Below are positions 18,085 to 27,898 of a stretch of DNA of 64,000 nt, piece after piece. The DNA is from Candidatus Levyibacteriota bacterium (GTDB taxonomy: Bacteria; Patescibacteriota; Microgenomatia; Levybacterales; UBA12049): contig CAWBPM010000003.1 in NCBI GenBank assembly GCA_963790825.1, positions 317,681 through 381,680 of the forward strand, read 5' to 3'. Each line of letters starts with the position of its first letter. Position 1 is the first letter of the stretch. Position numbers and translations under genes: made by a program. The notes beneath the pieces were generated by a model. It did not search any database and was not told the DNA's origin. It saw only the letters and a list, made by a program, of their open reading frames with translations.

Positions 18085-19121
18085 TTATCCTCGGTATTGA
18101 AACATCGTGCGACGAAACGTCCACCGGTATTATTGAAGTAATAGGGAAAACTCGAAAGATTACTCTGCTTTCAAATGTCGTTGCTACTTCACTCGCACTT
18201 CATAGTAAAACAGGCGGCATTATTCCGGAAATTGCAGCCAGAGAACAAATTAAATATATGCTTCCTGTTTTAGACCAAGCCTTACAAGAAGCATTCCAAT
18301 TATCAATTCCTCCTATCGATGCCATCTCAGTAACCTATGGACCCGGACTCATCGGCTCCCTTCTTGTGGGAGTAGAAACAGCAAGAACTTTGAGCTATAT
18401 ATGGAAAAAACCGCTAATTCCTGTCAATCATATGCTCGGTCATATTTACGCAAACTGGATTGGTGAAAAAAATATCGAGTTTCCTGCAATCGCGCTTGTT
18501 GTATCGGGAGGACATACTGATCTTTTACTGCTTAAGAATCACAAGGATATAACCCTTCTGGGAGGGACCAGGGACGATGCTGCAGGCGAAGCCTTTGATA
18601 AGATCGCCAGACTTTTGGGTCTTCCCTATCCGGGCGGTCCGGTAATTGAAAGACTGGCTAAGATGGGAAATGCCAAACAGTTTCGTTTTCCCCGTCCTCT
18701 CTGGGATTCCGGAGATTATGATTTCTCTTTTTCCGGTCTTAAAACAGCAGTGCTTCGGGTGGTAATAAATCTTTCTTCTTCGCTATCCAAAGAAGGCAAA
18801 CTTGACGGGGAAACTGTTAATAATATAGCTGCTTCTGTTCTGGAAGCTGTCGTCGATGTTTTAACTAATAAAACGCTTAGAGCAGTAAGGCAATACCAGG
18901 TAAAATCGTTACTATTAGCAGGAGGAGTCGCTGCCAATCAAACCCTGAAAGAGAAATTCGAAGCGAAGATTACAGAACAGCAGTTACCGGTACAATTATT
19001 TGTTCCCGATAAAAATTTATGTACCGACAACGGTGCCATGATCGCAGCGGCAGCCTATTTTAATTATCATCCAATTCCCTGGCAAGATATTACTCCCGAT
19101 CCTGAATTATATTTCGAGTAG
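18081..19121 (+). CDS. tsaD: tRNA N6-adenosine threonylcarbamoyltransferase TsaD (Kae1/Gcp)
   Basis: MIILGIETSCDETS start. HxxH metal site (HMLGH). ASKH-fold Gcp signatures. Confidence 0.85.
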   Translation: MIILGIETSCDETSTGIIEVIGKTRKITLLSNVVATSLALHSKTGGIIPEIAAREQIKYMLPVLDQALQEAFQLSIPPIDAISVTYGPGLIGSLLVGVETARTLSYIWKKPLIPVNHMLGHIYANWIGEKNIEFPAIALVVSGGHTDLLLLKNHKDITLLGGTRDDAAGEAFDKIARLLGLPYPGGPVIERLAKMGNAKQFRFPRPLWDSGDYDFSFSGLKTAVLRVVINLSSSLSKEGKLDGETVNNIAASVLEAVVDVLTNKTLRAVRQYQVKSLLLAGGVAANQTLKEKFEAKITEQQLPVQLFVPDKNLCTDNGAMIAAAAYFNYHPIPWQDITPDPELYFE

Positions 19122-19139
19122 GCAAAGAGGTAATGATTT

Positions 19140-20117
19140 ATGTCAGTTGTAAAAGAAGCAGTTATTGGACTTGGAGAACGGGCACTTTTGACTCCGCAAA
19201 AAGAATTACTCAGAAGATTCCCGGGTATTGGAAATGGCTTTGTTCTAAGCGAGCAAACTGTTAAACATATGACAATACGTGTTTGCGGGGACAGTATTAT
19301 GTATCCATACGGTGTTCGGGGAAATGGATATAAAACGTTTAGTGACATACTAGCAGGGGCCGTTACTGCGAGTGGTATTGGGCAGTGGCAAAGCTATACT
19401 CATGCAGTTCCCGGCGCAGACAATGAGGAAATTATGGAGCAGTTGGAAAATCCTGAGACTAAAAAAGAGATCATTCAGGACAGAGGAAATGTGCTTGTTT
19501 TTCTGGGAGCAAACGGTAATCGCTTTAGAAGAATGATAAAAACAGAACAAGATTTTGCGACAATGAGATCGCTGGCGGACAATCCATTTCAGAGAGAAGC
19601 AGCGGGTAAATTAAAAGAATTTTTTGAGATAAAGGCTGACTTTGGCAGAACTTTTTCCCATATGCTTCGCGCTATTCATAAGATGAGCGAAGATCGTCTG
19701 CAAAGAGGAAACTCACAAATAATGCTTTTTATTGAATTACCATATGATTACGGTGAAGCTTCCGCCATTCATTGCGTTCCGCCCAACTCGGCAAATTTCC
19801 AAGAGACTCATGATATTAATCTTAAAGATTATCTTTACGGAAAAAAGTTCGGCTATGCACCGACTGTTGCGATGATTAAGCAAATCGGGAGACGGGTTTC
19901 CCGCTTTAAAGCCTCACCTTCCAAACTTCTCTTGGCTACACTTTCGACATTTGGCTTAGAAAAACACTGCACGCAAGATGAACATTTAGACCAAAGCGGG
20001 CATTACGAGCTGGCAAAGCGTACTGCGGAAAGAATTGCAATTATGGATAAATCGGGTACTATTCGGAAACTTTCTTCACTGCCTAAAATTCAGGAGGTCT
20101 TTGTAAATTCCGTCTGA
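19140..20117 (+). CDS. hypothetical protein, SGNH/GDSL-hydrolase-like
   Basis: Block I CGDSI. Block III VFLGANGN. C-terminal DQSGHY. Confidence 0.4.
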   Translation: MSVVKEAVIGLGERALLTPQKELLRRFPGIGNGFVLSEQTVKHMTIRVCGDSIMYPYGVRGNGYKTFSDILAGAVTASGIGQWQSYTHAVPGADNEEIMEQLENPETKKEIIQDRGNVLVFLGANGNRFRRMIKTEQDFATMRSLADNPFQREAAGKLKEFFEIKADFGRTFSHMLRAIHKMSEDRLQRGNSQIMLFIELPYDYGEASAIHCVPPNSANFQETHDINLKDYLYGKKFGYAPTVAMIKQIGRRVSRFKASPSKLLLATLSTFGLEKHCTQDEHLDQSGHYELAKRTAERIAIMDKSGTIRKLSSLPKIQEVFVNSV

Positions 20118-20168
20118 CAATATGATGTTTATCTTGACAAATCAGGATAAATCACACAAACTATAGAT

Positions 20169-20375
20169 ATGCTAAGAAAACTCGCCTCTTTTATGGAAGT
20201 AATCGGCCTATGCCTTTTTCTTCTTTCTGCCATGTATTACCTTTTACCAGCCAAAGAGCTCCTTTCATTTATACCGGGCTACATTGCCGGAAGCACACTT
20301 CATCATCCGCATGAAGCACTCTTAAGCCTCGGCGGGGGGCTTTTCCTCTTCTTCATTTCATTTTTTATAAAATAA
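20169..20375 (+). CDS. small hydrophobic membrane protein (68 aa)
   Basis: Two TM segments. Its last ~58 bp are duplicated at 21263-21321. Confidence 0.4.
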   Translation: MLRKLASFMEVIGLCLFLLSAMYYLLPAKELLSFIPGYIAGSTLHHPHEALLSLGGGLFLFFISFFIK

Positions 20376-20378
20376 ATT
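20321..20378 (+). repeat. Direct repeat copy 1 (about 58 bp), about 85% identical to 21263-21321
   Basis: cttaagcctcggcggggggcttttcctcttcttcatttcattttttataaaataaatt versus ttttaagcctgggcggcagcattctccttttcttcatttcgttttttattaaataaatt. Confidence 0.7.
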
Positions 20379-20400
20379 CTAGGTAAATTGAAGTCTTTAA

Positions 20401-21180
20401 CTAATGCGCCATTGCAGGAGGAATTGAAGATTTATTGATTGTATTTCTGAATGTTCGCCTTGAAATATCCGGCCTGATTGTATTGGTCCATGAGCCTGTG
20501 TTAGCAACAAAGACCATATAGCCCTGATCGTCCCGAATAATAAAATTACTCTTTGGATCAGACGGATCGTAGCTCGTAAAAGTGCTGGAACCGCTCGGGA
20601 TATATGATATATTATTCACTGTCAAACCGCTTGCCGTCATGCTTTGATATAAATCCGAAGCTCGTCCGACATAATCATTAAAAGGAGATATTGGAGCAGC
20701 GCTTATAAGATACCATGTTGACTGCGCAAATGTAATTGTTGTTGCCGGTGCAAGAGTACCTGTGAATGTTACATACGTCGCAACGTCGCTATAGAGAAGA
20801 TAACCTACTCCTGGTTGTAACGGAAAATCGGTTCCAACTTCTCCGATATTATCCTCATCTGCTATCAAATAACTCTGCTTCCATAACCCGCTTTTCATAG
20901 AATAGATTGACACATATTTTCCGTTTCCATTGGCTTTTATACTTTCCGTTAAACTTTTTGCACTAACAGGACTCGTGCTCACAACCGGTAATGCAAAAAT
21001 GCTCCAACCCTGTGATATGCTAACTGTTTTTATTCGAGGTCTCACAATTGTTGAAGCGTCTGAATTGAGCTGCGTTTGCCTCTGAACAACTAATACAGTG
21101 CCAAATGTCAGCATAATTAACGACATAAAAATAACGGATCCTAGTAATACTTCTGGTAGGGAATTTTTAGTCTTTACCAT
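20401..21180 (-). CDS. hypothetical secreted/cell-surface protein (N-terminal TM or signal, S/T-rich)
   Basis: N-terminal hydrophobic segment. No catalytic motif. Flanked by the direct repeat. Confidence 0.45.
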   Translation of the reverse strand: MVKTKNSLPEVLLGSVIFMSLIMLTFGTVLVVQRQTQLNSDASTIVRPRIKTVSISQGWSIFALPVVSTSPVSAKSLTESIKANGNGKYVSIYSMKSGLWKQSYLIADEDNIGEVGTDFPLQPGVGYLLYSDVATYVTFTGTLAPATTITFAQSTWYLISAAPISPFNDYVGRASDLYQSMTASGLTVNNISYIPSGSSTFTSYDPSDPKSNFIIRDDQGYMVFVANTGSWTNTIRPDISRRTFRNTINKSSIPPAMAH

Positions 21181-21262
21181 GGCTTATCTTCTATTATGAC
21201 CACATATAATTTACTGTGTCAATAGTTGCTAATAATTAAGCTATAATACGTGGCGATGGCAG

Positions 21263-21321
21263 TTTTAAGCCTGGGCGGCAGCATTCTCCTTTTCTTCATT
21301 TCGTTTTTTATTAAATAAATT
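21263..21321 (+). repeat. Direct repeat copy 2
   Basis: See 20321-20378. Confidence 0.7.
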
Positions 21322-21340
21322 TTCGTGATACAATACGCGT

Positions 21341-22363
21341 ATGACTGAGACTGCTCTTTTTCTTCTGGTAATTATACTTGGATTTGTTATTCTTTTCTTT
21401 TTCCTTAATAAACGTTTAAATGATTTGAAGAAACAAGATCCCAACCAAACGCTTCTCGAGTGGCTTAGGACTATACAAGCTTCCATGGATAATACAAATA
21501 AAACACTAAGTTCGGCTATGCAATCAAATTCATCCCACATGGTGCGTACTCTTCAGGAAAATTCCCGGCAGCTGAATGAGCGACTGGACAAAGCTGCAGA
21601 AGTGATTCGGGACGTCGGAAAAGAAGTGGGGCAGATGAGCGAGATCGGCAGAAGCATGCGGGATCTCCAGGATCTTCTGAAAAGCCCGAAACTTCGGGGA
21701 AATATCGGAGAAGAAGTGCTGAAAGATCTTATCGCTCAGATGTTTCCCAAAAACAGTTTCTTTCTGCAATATGAATTCCGCTCGGGAGATAAAGTCGACG
21801 CGGCGATAAAAACCGACGGTGGCATTCTGCCGATTGATTCGAAATTCCCCATGGAAAATTTTCAGAAGATGGTTAAGTCCGAAACAGAAAACGAACAGCT
21901 GCAATATCGGAAAGAATTTATTAAAGATGTGAAGAAGCATATTGATGCAATTGCGAAAAAATATATCTTGCCGGATGAAGGAACCATGGATTTTGCTCTG
22001 ATGTATGTCCCGAGTGAAGCGGTATTTTACGAGCTTTGTAATGATATCTCTCTTATGGATTATGCCAGAAAATTAAGGATTTATACGGTTTCTCCCAGTA
22101 CGCTATATGCTCATTTACAAACAATATTACTGTCTTTTGAAGGCAAAAAGATTGAAAGTAGGTCGAAAGAAGTTTTTCAGCTTCTCCGCGCGATCCAAAT
22201 TGATTACGATAAGTTAAATGAGAATATGCAAACATTGGGTAAACATCTAACGAATGCTTCTGCAAAATATACGGAGGTTAATCATGATTTTGCCCAAATC
22301 GGAAGCAAGATCCAATCCACCCGTTTTATTGAAGAAAAAGAAGTGAAAAAGGTCGGGGGGTAA
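21341..22363 (+). CDS. rmuC: DNA recombination protein RmuC homolog
   Basis: N-terminal TM, long coiled-coil, C-terminal RmuC-like region (...ALMYVPSEAVFYEL...). Confidence 0.55.
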   Translation: MTETALFLLVIILGFVILFFFLNKRLNDLKKQDPNQTLLEWLRTIQASMDNTNKTLSSAMQSNSSHMVRTLQENSRQLNERLDKAAEVIRDVGKEVGQMSEIGRSMRDLQDLLKSPKLRGNIGEEVLKDLIAQMFPKNSFFLQYEFRSGDKVDAAIKTDGGILPIDSKFPMENFQKMVKSETENEQLQYRKEFIKDVKKHIDAIAKKYILPDEGTMDFALMYVPSEAVFYELCNDISLMDYARKLRIYTVSPSTLYAHLQTILLSFEGKKIESRSKEVFQLLRAIQIDYDKLNENMQTLGKHLTNASAKYTEVNHDFAQIGSKIQSTRFIEEKEVKKVGG

Positions 22364-22415
22364 ATTCAAAGTCTTCTTCTTGTACTCTCCATAAATTCTC
22401 TCTATACTAAAAACA

Positions 22416-22841
22416 ATGAGGTTTACTGCTATGAATAAAAAAACGCTTCTACTGAGTATCTTAGCTGTATTATTAATTGTTGCCTCGATTGTTTTTATAG
22501 TTGAACAAATATCCAAAACAGCAAAGCAACCAATTTCCAAAGGCAGGGTTAATGAATTACTTATGCCGCACCCGATTCAAATTGTAAACGTTACCAAGTC
22601 CGGTTTTGATCCGGCTACGATCAGAATTAAAGCAGGAACAGTTATACTCTGGAAAAACCAAAGTGGTGAAATCGTAACAGTTAATTCCGACCCATACCCG
22701 ACAAATAAAAAATACCCTGCACTTAATCTTGGTGCTTTCGCAACCGGATCTTCAGTTCAGCTTTTGTTTAGCACTCCGGGTGTATACACATACCACGATC
22801 AGTATCATCCCGGCAGGGGAGGAAACGTCGTCGTCGAGTAA
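22416..22841 (+). CDS. hypothetical secreted protein, cupredoxin-like fold (no Cu ligands seen)
   Basis: Signal/TM. Beta-rich ...IRIKAGTVILWKNQSGEIVTVNSD... Confidence 0.35.
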   Translation: MRFTAMNKKTLLLSILAVLLIVASIVFIVEQISKTAKQPISKGRVNELLMPHPIQIVNVTKSGFDPATIRIKAGTVILWKNQSGEIVTVNSDPYPTNKKYPALNLGAFATGSSVQLLFSTPGVYTYHDQYHPGRGGNVVVE

Positions 22842-22887
22842 TATCCACACTTTTTCTTCGTGTTTTTTTATGCTAAGATAATATCCC

Positions 22888-25809
22888 ATGAAAGATTCTC
22901 TCCGCCTTAATCCGGAACAGCGACAAGCAGTACGCCACGGGGATGGACCACTTTTGATTATTGCCGGAGCCGGAACCGGAAAAACAACTGTTATAACGCA
23001 GCGGATCACGCATTTAATTCTTGAAAAACAGGTCCTGCCTTCTGAGATTCTGGCATTAACCTTTACTGAAAAAGCAGCCCGGGAAATGGAAGAGCGGGTA
23101 GATATCGCGCTTCCCTACGGCTATACACAGCTTTGGATTTCTACTTTCCACGCATTTTGCGACCGGATACTCAGAGATGAAGTAGTGCATATCGGCCTAA
23201 ACCCCGGATTCAGGCTGATGACAGAAGCTGAGGCAATGCTTTTTTTACGAAAAAATCTTTTCCAGCTGCATCTGGAATATTTCCGGCCGCTGGGCAACCC
23301 GTATAAATTCATCCAGGGACTTCTCACTCATTTTAATAGATTGAAAGATGATGATATTACGCCTGTTGATTATCTGTCTTTTGTAAAAAAGAAGGAGAAA
23401 GATCCTGCGCTTGATAGCGCGGAAATAAAAAAGTTACAGGAATTATCCCAAGCATACAGCACATATGAAACTCTTAAGACAAAGGAGGGCGTTATGGATT
23501 TTTCCGATCTGAACGCCAATGCCCTAAAGCTTTTTCGCGAACGTAAGAATATCTTATCAATTTACCAAAAAAAGTTTAAATATATTCTCGTCGATGAGTT
23601 TCAGGATACTAATTTCGCCCAAAATGAGCTGGCTATTCTTCTTGCCAGAAAAAGAAAAAATATTACCGTCGTCGGCGATGACGACCAGGCAATTTACCGT
23701 TGGCGGGGAGCGGCAATTGCCAATATAATTCAATTTAGACAGCATTATCCCGAGGGAAAAGTTATAGCTCTCACCAGAAATTACCGCTCGACTGAAGAAA
23801 TTTTAAAAAAATCCCATACACTTATCCAAGCGAACAATCCTGACCGGCTGGAAGTGCAGGAAAAAATAAATAAATCCCTGACTTCCGAGCGGGGAGTTCG
23901 CGGAGAGCCGATAGAATTCATTTTCGCAGACAGAGTGGAAAATGAAGCGGATCTGGTTGCGCAAAAAATTAAGTTGCTGGTAAAAAAGAAGCAATATACT
24001 TATAAAGATTTCGCGATTTTGGTTCGCGCAAATGATCATTCCCAGCCGTTCGTTAGGGCATTTGAACGGGAAAAAATTCCCTTTCAATTTTTAGGTCCCG
24101 GGCATTTATTTCATCAGGAAGAAATAAAAGACCTTATCGCCTATTTAAAAGTGCTGTACAACTTCGAAGATAATGCTTCGCTTTACCGGGTCCTGACATT
24201 TTCAATATTCAACCTCGAAGCCCGTGACGTTGCGTCTATTTTAAACTTTGCCAAAAAGAAAAACCTGCTGCTGTTTGAAGCACTTGAGCAAATCTCGGAT
24301 ACGTATTTGCCAGTTGAAACAAAAGAGAAAGTAACGCATCTGGTCGACATGATAAAAAGACATCTGAAAAAAGTACCGAAAAGTACCGGCGGACAAATGC
24401 TCTATTACTTCGTCGAAGATTCAGGGCTGCTTCGTAAGTATATTGAAGCTAAATCAGGAGTAGAGGAGAAGCAAGCGCAAAACGTGGCGAAACTTTTTGA
24501 GAGGTTAAAGTCATATGAGAGCGAGCATAGCGATGCATCGGTTTTTGCGGTTGTTGACTGGATTGATCTCTCCATGCAGCTGGGAGAAAGTCCGATGAGC
24601 TCGGATATGGATTGGTCCGAGAACAATGCAGTTAATATTCTAACTATCCATTCGAGTAAAGGACTCGAGTTTCCTGTTGTTTTCATTGTTAATCTGGTCA
24701 CGCAGCGTTTTCCAACCCGCGAGAGGAAAGAACAAATCCCGATTTCCGACGATTTGATTAAAGAGCAATTGCCGGAGGGCGATGCCACCCTGCAGGAAGA
24801 GCGAAGGCTTTTCTATGTCGCTATGACGCGGGCAAAAGACCTGCTTTTTTTAACCTCCGCCAATTACTATGGTGAGGGGAAAAGAGAGCGGAAAATATCA
24901 CCGTTTGTGTACGAGACGCTGGGAGTCGATTATGTAAATCTTCTCTTAACCAAACACAGGGAGAAAACTTCGGTTTCTCAACTGACTCTCCCTGCTATTT
25001 TCCAGGAAATTGATTCTTCCGGGGAACCTGATTTTCTCCAAGTCGGAAAGCCAAAAATAACGCCGATTTCTTATATCTCCTACTCCCAGATTCAGACATT
25101 TGATATGTGTCCCCTGCATTATAAATTAAGATATCTGTTGAAAATTCCCGGTATTCCTTCCTCTGCTTTAAGTTTCGGAACCAGCGTCCATGCTGTTCTT
25201 CGCGATATATACCAGCTGGCAATGCGGGGAGAAAAAGTAACGAAAGAACAAATCCCGGAATTTCTCTCCCGGGACTGGGTAAACCAGGGTTTTGAGAGTA
25301 AATCGCATCAACAAACAGCTTTACAGCAAGCCAAAAAAATTCTTTTTTCTTACTTTGAAGAAAATTTTCCGGTTAAAAATCAGGTGCTTGCTGTTGAAGC
25401 GCCGTTTTCTTTTTCTTTAGACGGACTTCGGGTTGGGGGAAGAATTGACCGGGTTGATAAACTGAAAAATAACAATATTGAAATTATTGATTATAAAACC
25501 GGCAACCGGACGCTTCCCGACGAAAAGAAACTTTTGACTGATTTACAAATGACATTTTACGGCTTGGCCGGAACAGAGGTCCATGACGAAATATTTGCCA
25601 GGCAGCCGGACGAGGTGCTTCTTTCGCTCTTTTTTTTGGAAGCAAATAAAAAAGTCACGACAATGCGGACAAAAGAGCAACTTGTTGAAGCAAAAAAACT
25701 CATTCTTCAGAAAGTGGAGGAGATCGAACACAGCGACTTCTTATGTAACGGCTCCCTAAACTGCAAGAATTGTGAATATAAAATGCTCTGCACTACCTTC
25801 GCAAGCTAG
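22888..25809 (+). CDS. UvrD/PcrA-family SF1 helicase fused to a C-terminal Cas4/RecB-like PD-(D/E)xK nuclease domain (AddA-like)
   Basis: Walker A AGAGTGKT. UvrD motifs (DEFQDT, VVGDDDQAIYRWRGA, TIHSSKGLEF, FYVAMTRAK). C-terminus CPLHYKLRY...RIDRVD...IIDYKTG...LQMTFY...CNGSLNCKNCEYKMLC. Confidence 0.85.
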   Translation: MKDSLRLNPEQRQAVRHGDGPLLIIAGAGTGKTTVITQRITHLILEKQVLPSEILALTFTEKAAREMEERVDIALPYGYTQLWISTFHAFCDRILRDEVVHIGLNPGFRLMTEAEAMLFLRKNLFQLHLEYFRPLGNPYKFIQGLLTHFNRLKDDDITPVDYLSFVKKKEKDPALDSAEIKKLQELSQAYSTYETLKTKEGVMDFSDLNANALKLFRERKNILSIYQKKFKYILVDEFQDTNFAQNELAILLARKRKNITVVGDDDQAIYRWRGAAIANIIQFRQHYPEGKVIALTRNYRSTEEILKKSHTLIQANNPDRLEVQEKINKSLTSERGVRGEPIEFIFADRVENEADLVAQKIKLLVKKKQYTYKDFAILVRANDHSQPFVRAFEREKIPFQFLGPGHLFHQEEIKDLIAYLKVLYNFEDNASLYRVLTFSIFNLEARDVASILNFAKKKNLLLFEALEQISDTYLPVETKEKVTHLVDMIKRHLKKVPKSTGGQMLYYFVEDSGLLRKYIEAKSGVEEKQAQNVAKLFERLKSYESEHSDASVFAVVDWIDLSMQLGESPMSSDMDWSENNAVNILTIHSSKGLEFPVVFIVNLVTQRFPTRERKEQIPISDDLIKEQLPEGDATLQEERRLFYVAMTRAKDLLFLTSANYYGEGKRERKISPFVYETLGVDYVNLLLTKHREKTSVSQLTLPAIFQEIDSSGEPDFLQVGKPKITPISYISYSQIQTFDMCPLHYKLRYLLKIPGIPSSALSFGTSVHAVLRDIYQLAMRGEKVTKEQIPEFLSRDWVNQGFESKSHQQTALQQAKKILFSYFEENFPVKNQVLAVEAPFSFSLDGLRVGGRIDRVDKLKNNNIEIIDYKTGNRTLPDEKKLLTDLQMTFYGLAGTEVHDEIFARQPDEVLLSLFFLEANKKVTTMRTKEQLVEAKKLILQKVEEIEHSDFLCNGSLNCKNCEYKMLCTTFAS

Positions 25810-25867
25810 GATTTATTCCCACTCCTTTATAAGTTGCTTTCTCCGATTCCGCTTGCTAAAATACCTA

Positions 25868-26300
25868 TAGTCCTAGGAAGAAGGATCGCTAGTACGTTCA
25901 GTTACATGAACGTACAGGAAAGTCCAGACAGATGTATGCCGGGGATGGAGCGTAAGCTCCGATGATAATCCCGATTTAATCGGGACTAAACACTGGTGCT
26001 TTTAGTTTAAAAAGACTGAAAGACTCTGCGAGAATTGACTCAAAGAGAGAGCCACAGAGACGAGCGGTAACCTAAAGCGTAAGCAATGGTTACTGAGTGA
26101 AACGAGGCAATCCCACCTGCTGCAACTTCCGAATGATGCGCAATGCCCTTCGTAGCTTTTTGCGAAGGAGGGCTACTACCTGTATACGGGAGCATCGAGG
26201 AGAAGGCATTTCGCCGAGTAGGCGGACGGGATGAGAAGATCATCATCGAGAGAGATTGCGGTCTAAAACAGAATCTGGCTTACCACCTTCCTAGGACCCT
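25868..26300 (+). ncRNA. rnpB: RNase P RNA (bacterial type)
   Basis: P4 strands GGAAAGTCCAGAC (25916-) and ACAGAATCTGGCTTACCACC (26270-). P1 pairing gtcctaggaag / cttcctaggac at the two ends. Followed by a T7 run (terminator). Confidence 0.75.
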
Positions 26301-26334
26301 TTTTTTAGAGCGTCTAGGGACTAGTATTTAGCGT

Positions 26335-26697
26335 CTAGCTGTTTTTCATTTTTGTCGTCATAGAATTTAACATACGTAAAACTTCTTCTAACAGTTGATC
26401 TACTTTTATAAAATATTTTGCTTTAGAGAATTGTAGTTCTTTTGTGATGATAATCTGTGTTTCGAGTTCAAGAGCAGAACCATATGAAACTGAAAGCGCA
26501 TAAGAATATTCTTTTCGTGATTTTCTTCCATAACCTTCAGCAATATTGGATGGAATAGATATTGCAGCTCTTCGCATCTGAGAAGTTATTCCATAAAGTT
26601 CTGATTTGGGGAATTTATTGGTGAGGACAAAAACTTCTTTAACAAGTTGGACTGATTTTTGCCAAACGATTAAATCTTTATAAGATCTGATATACAT
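26335..26697 (-). CDS. four-helix-bundle protein (23S rRNA intervening-sequence protein family)
   Basis: YKDLIVWQKS...FPKSELYGITSQMRRAAISIPSNIAEGYGRKS...GSALELETQ matches the family consensus. Confidence 0.8.
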   Translation of the reverse strand: MYIRSYKDLIVWQKSVQLVKEVFVLTNKFPKSELYGITSQMRRAAISIPSNIAEGYGRKSRKEYSYALSVSYGSALELETQIIITKELQFSKAKYFIKVDQLLEEVLRMLNSMTTKMKNS

Positions 26698-26751
26698 AAA
26701 TTAGCAGCTGTTATCTAGCTACTAGACGCTAATTTACTAAACGCTCGTTTT

Positions 26752-27024
26752 TTACCGGACTGCTTTCTTAAATGTCTTCCCCGGAGTAAAGCCCGGTGCC
26801 TTTCTCGCGTTAAGAGTAATTTTCGCACCTGTTTTTGGATTGCGCCCGACTCTTTGCACCCGATTTCGTACACTGAATGTGCCAAAACCGGTCAAAACTA
26901 CTTTTTCCCCACGCTTTAATGAATCACGAATAGTATTAAGCATAGTCTGTACAGAATCCCTTGCAGCTTTATTGGTTAGATTTGATTTTTTCGCAACTAT
27001 TTCTATAATGTCTTTTTTTGTCAA
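26752..27024 (-). CDS. hup: DNA-binding protein HU
   Basis: MTKKDIIE...LTGFGTFSVRNRVQRVGRNPKTGAKI. Typical HU arm. Confidence 0.85.
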   Translation of the reverse strand: MTKKDIIEIVAKKSNLTNKAARDSVQTMLNTIRDSLKRGEKVVLTGFGTFSVRNRVQRVGRNPKTGAKITLNARKAPGFTPGKTFKKAVR

Positions 27025-27137
27025 CTTTTTTTCGCCTCCTTTCGCACGTTTAGAAAATAATTTTTATATAATAAAACATCGATTAGATTAACAGTACAAT
27101 GAAAACGAAAACTTGTCAAGAGTTATAAAAAGAAAAA

Positions 27138-27773
27138 TTATTTTAATGAAGGAGAAACTACGGGACACCAACCGCTAATTGGTACAACGATTTCGCAGGC
27201 AGGTTTGGAATTTAAACATGCAGGTCTCGGTATGCAACTAGGCGTCCGTATAGGAAATTGTGATGGCGAAAATGTCGGGTGAAGTAGTGGGGAAATTGTT
27301 GGGAATTCCGATGGTAAATTGATTACTCCAGTACTAACCGTTATTTGCGCAGATGTTGCAATAAGAGTAGTTCCCGAAAAAAGACGATATTCATAGATAC
27401 CTGCTACGTTTGGCATGACAAACGTACATGTTCCGAAATGAATATTCCCGGGACCTTTTGAATTCTGACAGTCGCTTGTCAGCACTTTATTTAGATATCC
27501 TGAGTCGCTCGCTCCTTCTGCGTATAAGCCAATCCAATCGCTGCTAGTGGGACTGGACATAAACCAGATTGCATAGTCTTTGTTATTTGTAAATACATTT
27601 TCCGGTGTCGCATGAACAGCAGCCAGACTTCTCGTATAATTTGCATGGGAACTCTCCGTTTGTTGGTTTTGCGAAACAAGAACAGTTATCGGAACTACGA
27701 GAAGGAGTATGAGGAATGCAGCAATCTTAAAAACCTTGGCGTTATGAGAAGATGAACTTTCTCGAGTCAACAT
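27138..27773 (-). CDS. hypothetical secreted protein
   Basis: N-terminal TM. Cys-rich C-terminus. Confidence 0.4.
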   Translation of the reverse strand: MLTRESSSSHNAKVFKIAAFLILLLVVPITVLVSQNQQTESSHANYTRSLAAVHATPENVFTNNKDYAIWFMSSPTSSDWIGLYAEGASDSGYLNKVLTSDCQNSKGPGNIHFGTCTFVMPNVAGIYEYRLFSGTTLIATSAQITVSTGVINLPSEFPTISPLLHPTFSPSQFPIRTPSCIPRPACLNSKPACEIVVPISGWCPVVSPSLK

Positions 27774-27898
27774 ACCACTAGCATAAGAGAAGAGCTAGCT
27801 ATTGTCAAGGGAGGTTACAATTGATGTATCTGTCGTGAGTTTTATCCGAAAACTTTTTGATAATTTTATTATCTGTTTTGCCAGCTGATATTAATAGT

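Noticed and set aside
20401-21180. Type IV pilin/pseudopilin call for the 259-aa secreted protein
   Set aside because: The N-terminus (KNSLPEVLLGSVIF) lacks the G/FTLIE class III signal with Glu at +5, so it is kept as a generic secreted protein.
21530-21940. 136-aa minus-strand ORF
   Set aside because: It is antisense within rmuC and has no supporting features.
26040-26331. ORFs 26040..26246 (-) and 26143..26331 (+)
   Set aside because: They lie entirely within the RNase P RNA gene, so they are spurious reading frames through a structured RNA.
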